Positions 62,957 through 64,000 of a stretch of 64,000 bases of DNA are shown here, piece by piece. Every line of letters begins with the position of its first letter. Position 1 is the first letter of the stretch. Source of the stretch: Microbotryum violaceum (Eukaryota); NCBI GenBank assembly GCA_001244265.2, contig CDLV01000011.1:1240001-1304000 (forward strand), written 5' to 3'. Both the position numbers and the translations under genes were made by a program. Below the pieces are notes generated by a model. The model did not search any database and was not told the DNA's origin. It saw only the letters and a list, made by a program, of their open reading frames with translations.

Positions 62957-64000
62957 CCCTCCTTGTCCTACACCTCCACCTCCATCCCCAGCAGCACCAG
63001 CACCAGCAACACGTTCTGGCCCCTCCCCGTCCGCCCCATTCCCAGGTAAGAGAAGCGCGTTCAAAGCCTTGGCCAATTCTTGCATATTCTCCAGCCGACC
63101 CAACTTATGATCATCCTCTTTCTCCTCTTCCTCCTCCTTCGTCTTCCCTGCTTTCGCACCAAGTTGAGCCAACAACTGTTCCTTCATCTCCTCCAAGGAA
63201 GCCCCTTCTTGACCCACGACATTCGGCTGAGCATCGTCTGCAGTACTATGGGGTGGGGGGCTTATCGAACCGACTTCACCTTCGACGGGAGCCAAGATGG
63301 CAGCTTTGAGTACTTCACCCGTTGCCGGGTGGTACACCAATTCGACGTCAATACTTTGCCCCCAGTCCTCCCCTCCCCTCGTGTTCTTCGGAGCATCGAG
63401 GTCGGTTCCGATCTCCTCTGGTGCGATTCGTTGAGGTGGTGCTTGATTTTGTTGTTTTGGAGGTTGTGGTACCGTCACCGGTACGGTAGGATACGTTTTC
63501 TTGGGTAGTAGATGGCCCGCCAACACCTCCTCCTGATCGTCTCGAACGATCGGCGGTGCCGTCGGCACTTTGGGCGCATCCACGCTTTCTCTCAAATGAC
63601 GAACGACGGCTCGGCATTCGATCGCCGAAGGACCTCTTTCCGATGAGGAAAACGTTCTTTGTCGTTCGAGGAAGACGGGCTCGCTACAGAGCCGTGGGGT
63701 GTGGATGATCATGACGTAGCGGCAGACTAAAGGTGTTGGACCGGTCAGATAACAAATACTGAAAGCTTTCGTTTCAGAAGAGGTGGGAAGCACTCACTGG
63801 CCGTTTCTCGAATGAGTGCGATGCGATCGATCGTTTGCGTGTTGCAATGAAACTGTTGGTGAGGAACACGTTTCGATTCAGATCGAGCAAAGCCTTTTTC
63901 TCCCGCTCCTGGACCCGCGGAAGTAAAGATAAACTCACCTGCACTTCAACCTCCCTCGGCAATCCCGTCTTGTCGCAAATCGTACCATCGTCCCAAATCT
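62525..64000 (-). CDS. YOS9: OS-9/Yos9-like ER lectin (MRH/PRKCSH domain), 5' part outside window
   Basis: WDDGTICDKTGLPREVEVQ | FHC..DRIALIRET | CRYVMIIHTPRLCSEPVF; C-terminal RDEL ER-retrieval signal. Confidence 0.85.
62835..62960. repeat. (GCTCCT)n coding repeat giving a ~20x Gly-Ala tract in Yos9
   Basis: Hexamer array in frame on the minus strand. Confidence 0.95.

Overview
Intron-rich fungal DNA; the gene content and splice signals fit a basidiomycete, probably Pucciniomycotina, but this is inference. Two blocks of conserved housekeeping genes flank a ~19 kb island that lacks recognisable intact host genes. The left block (1-28.0 kb) holds RNF10/Mag2-like, an Msn2/Seb1-like C2H2 TF, an RCC1-repeat protein, CAB2, MCM1, RNA15, DPM3, RRS1, IST1 and BRCA2/Brh2. 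The right block (47.4-64 kb) holds a class IV chitin synthase, TOF1/Timeless, centrin, mitochondrial uS17, MPP-alpha and YOS9/OS-9. The island (28.0-47.4 kb) contains four notable things. (1) A pogo-like transposase relic. (2) An internally deleted AcademH-like element with a RecQ-type helicase and a convergent transposase remnant. (3) A ~9 kb element with ~350-390 bp terminal inverted repeats built from 23-bp tandem units; it encodes a spliced, divergent Mutator-type DDE transposase fused to a SWIM finger and a Ulp1/C48 SUMO-protease domain, plus a second decayed ORF ending in a Zn2Cys6 cluster. (4) An atypical tRNA-like gene near the right edge. A hAT-like MITE (6-bp TSD) and a solo LTR (5-bp TSD) lie between MCM1 and RNA15. 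CDS coordinates span introns, and exon boundaries were read by eye.
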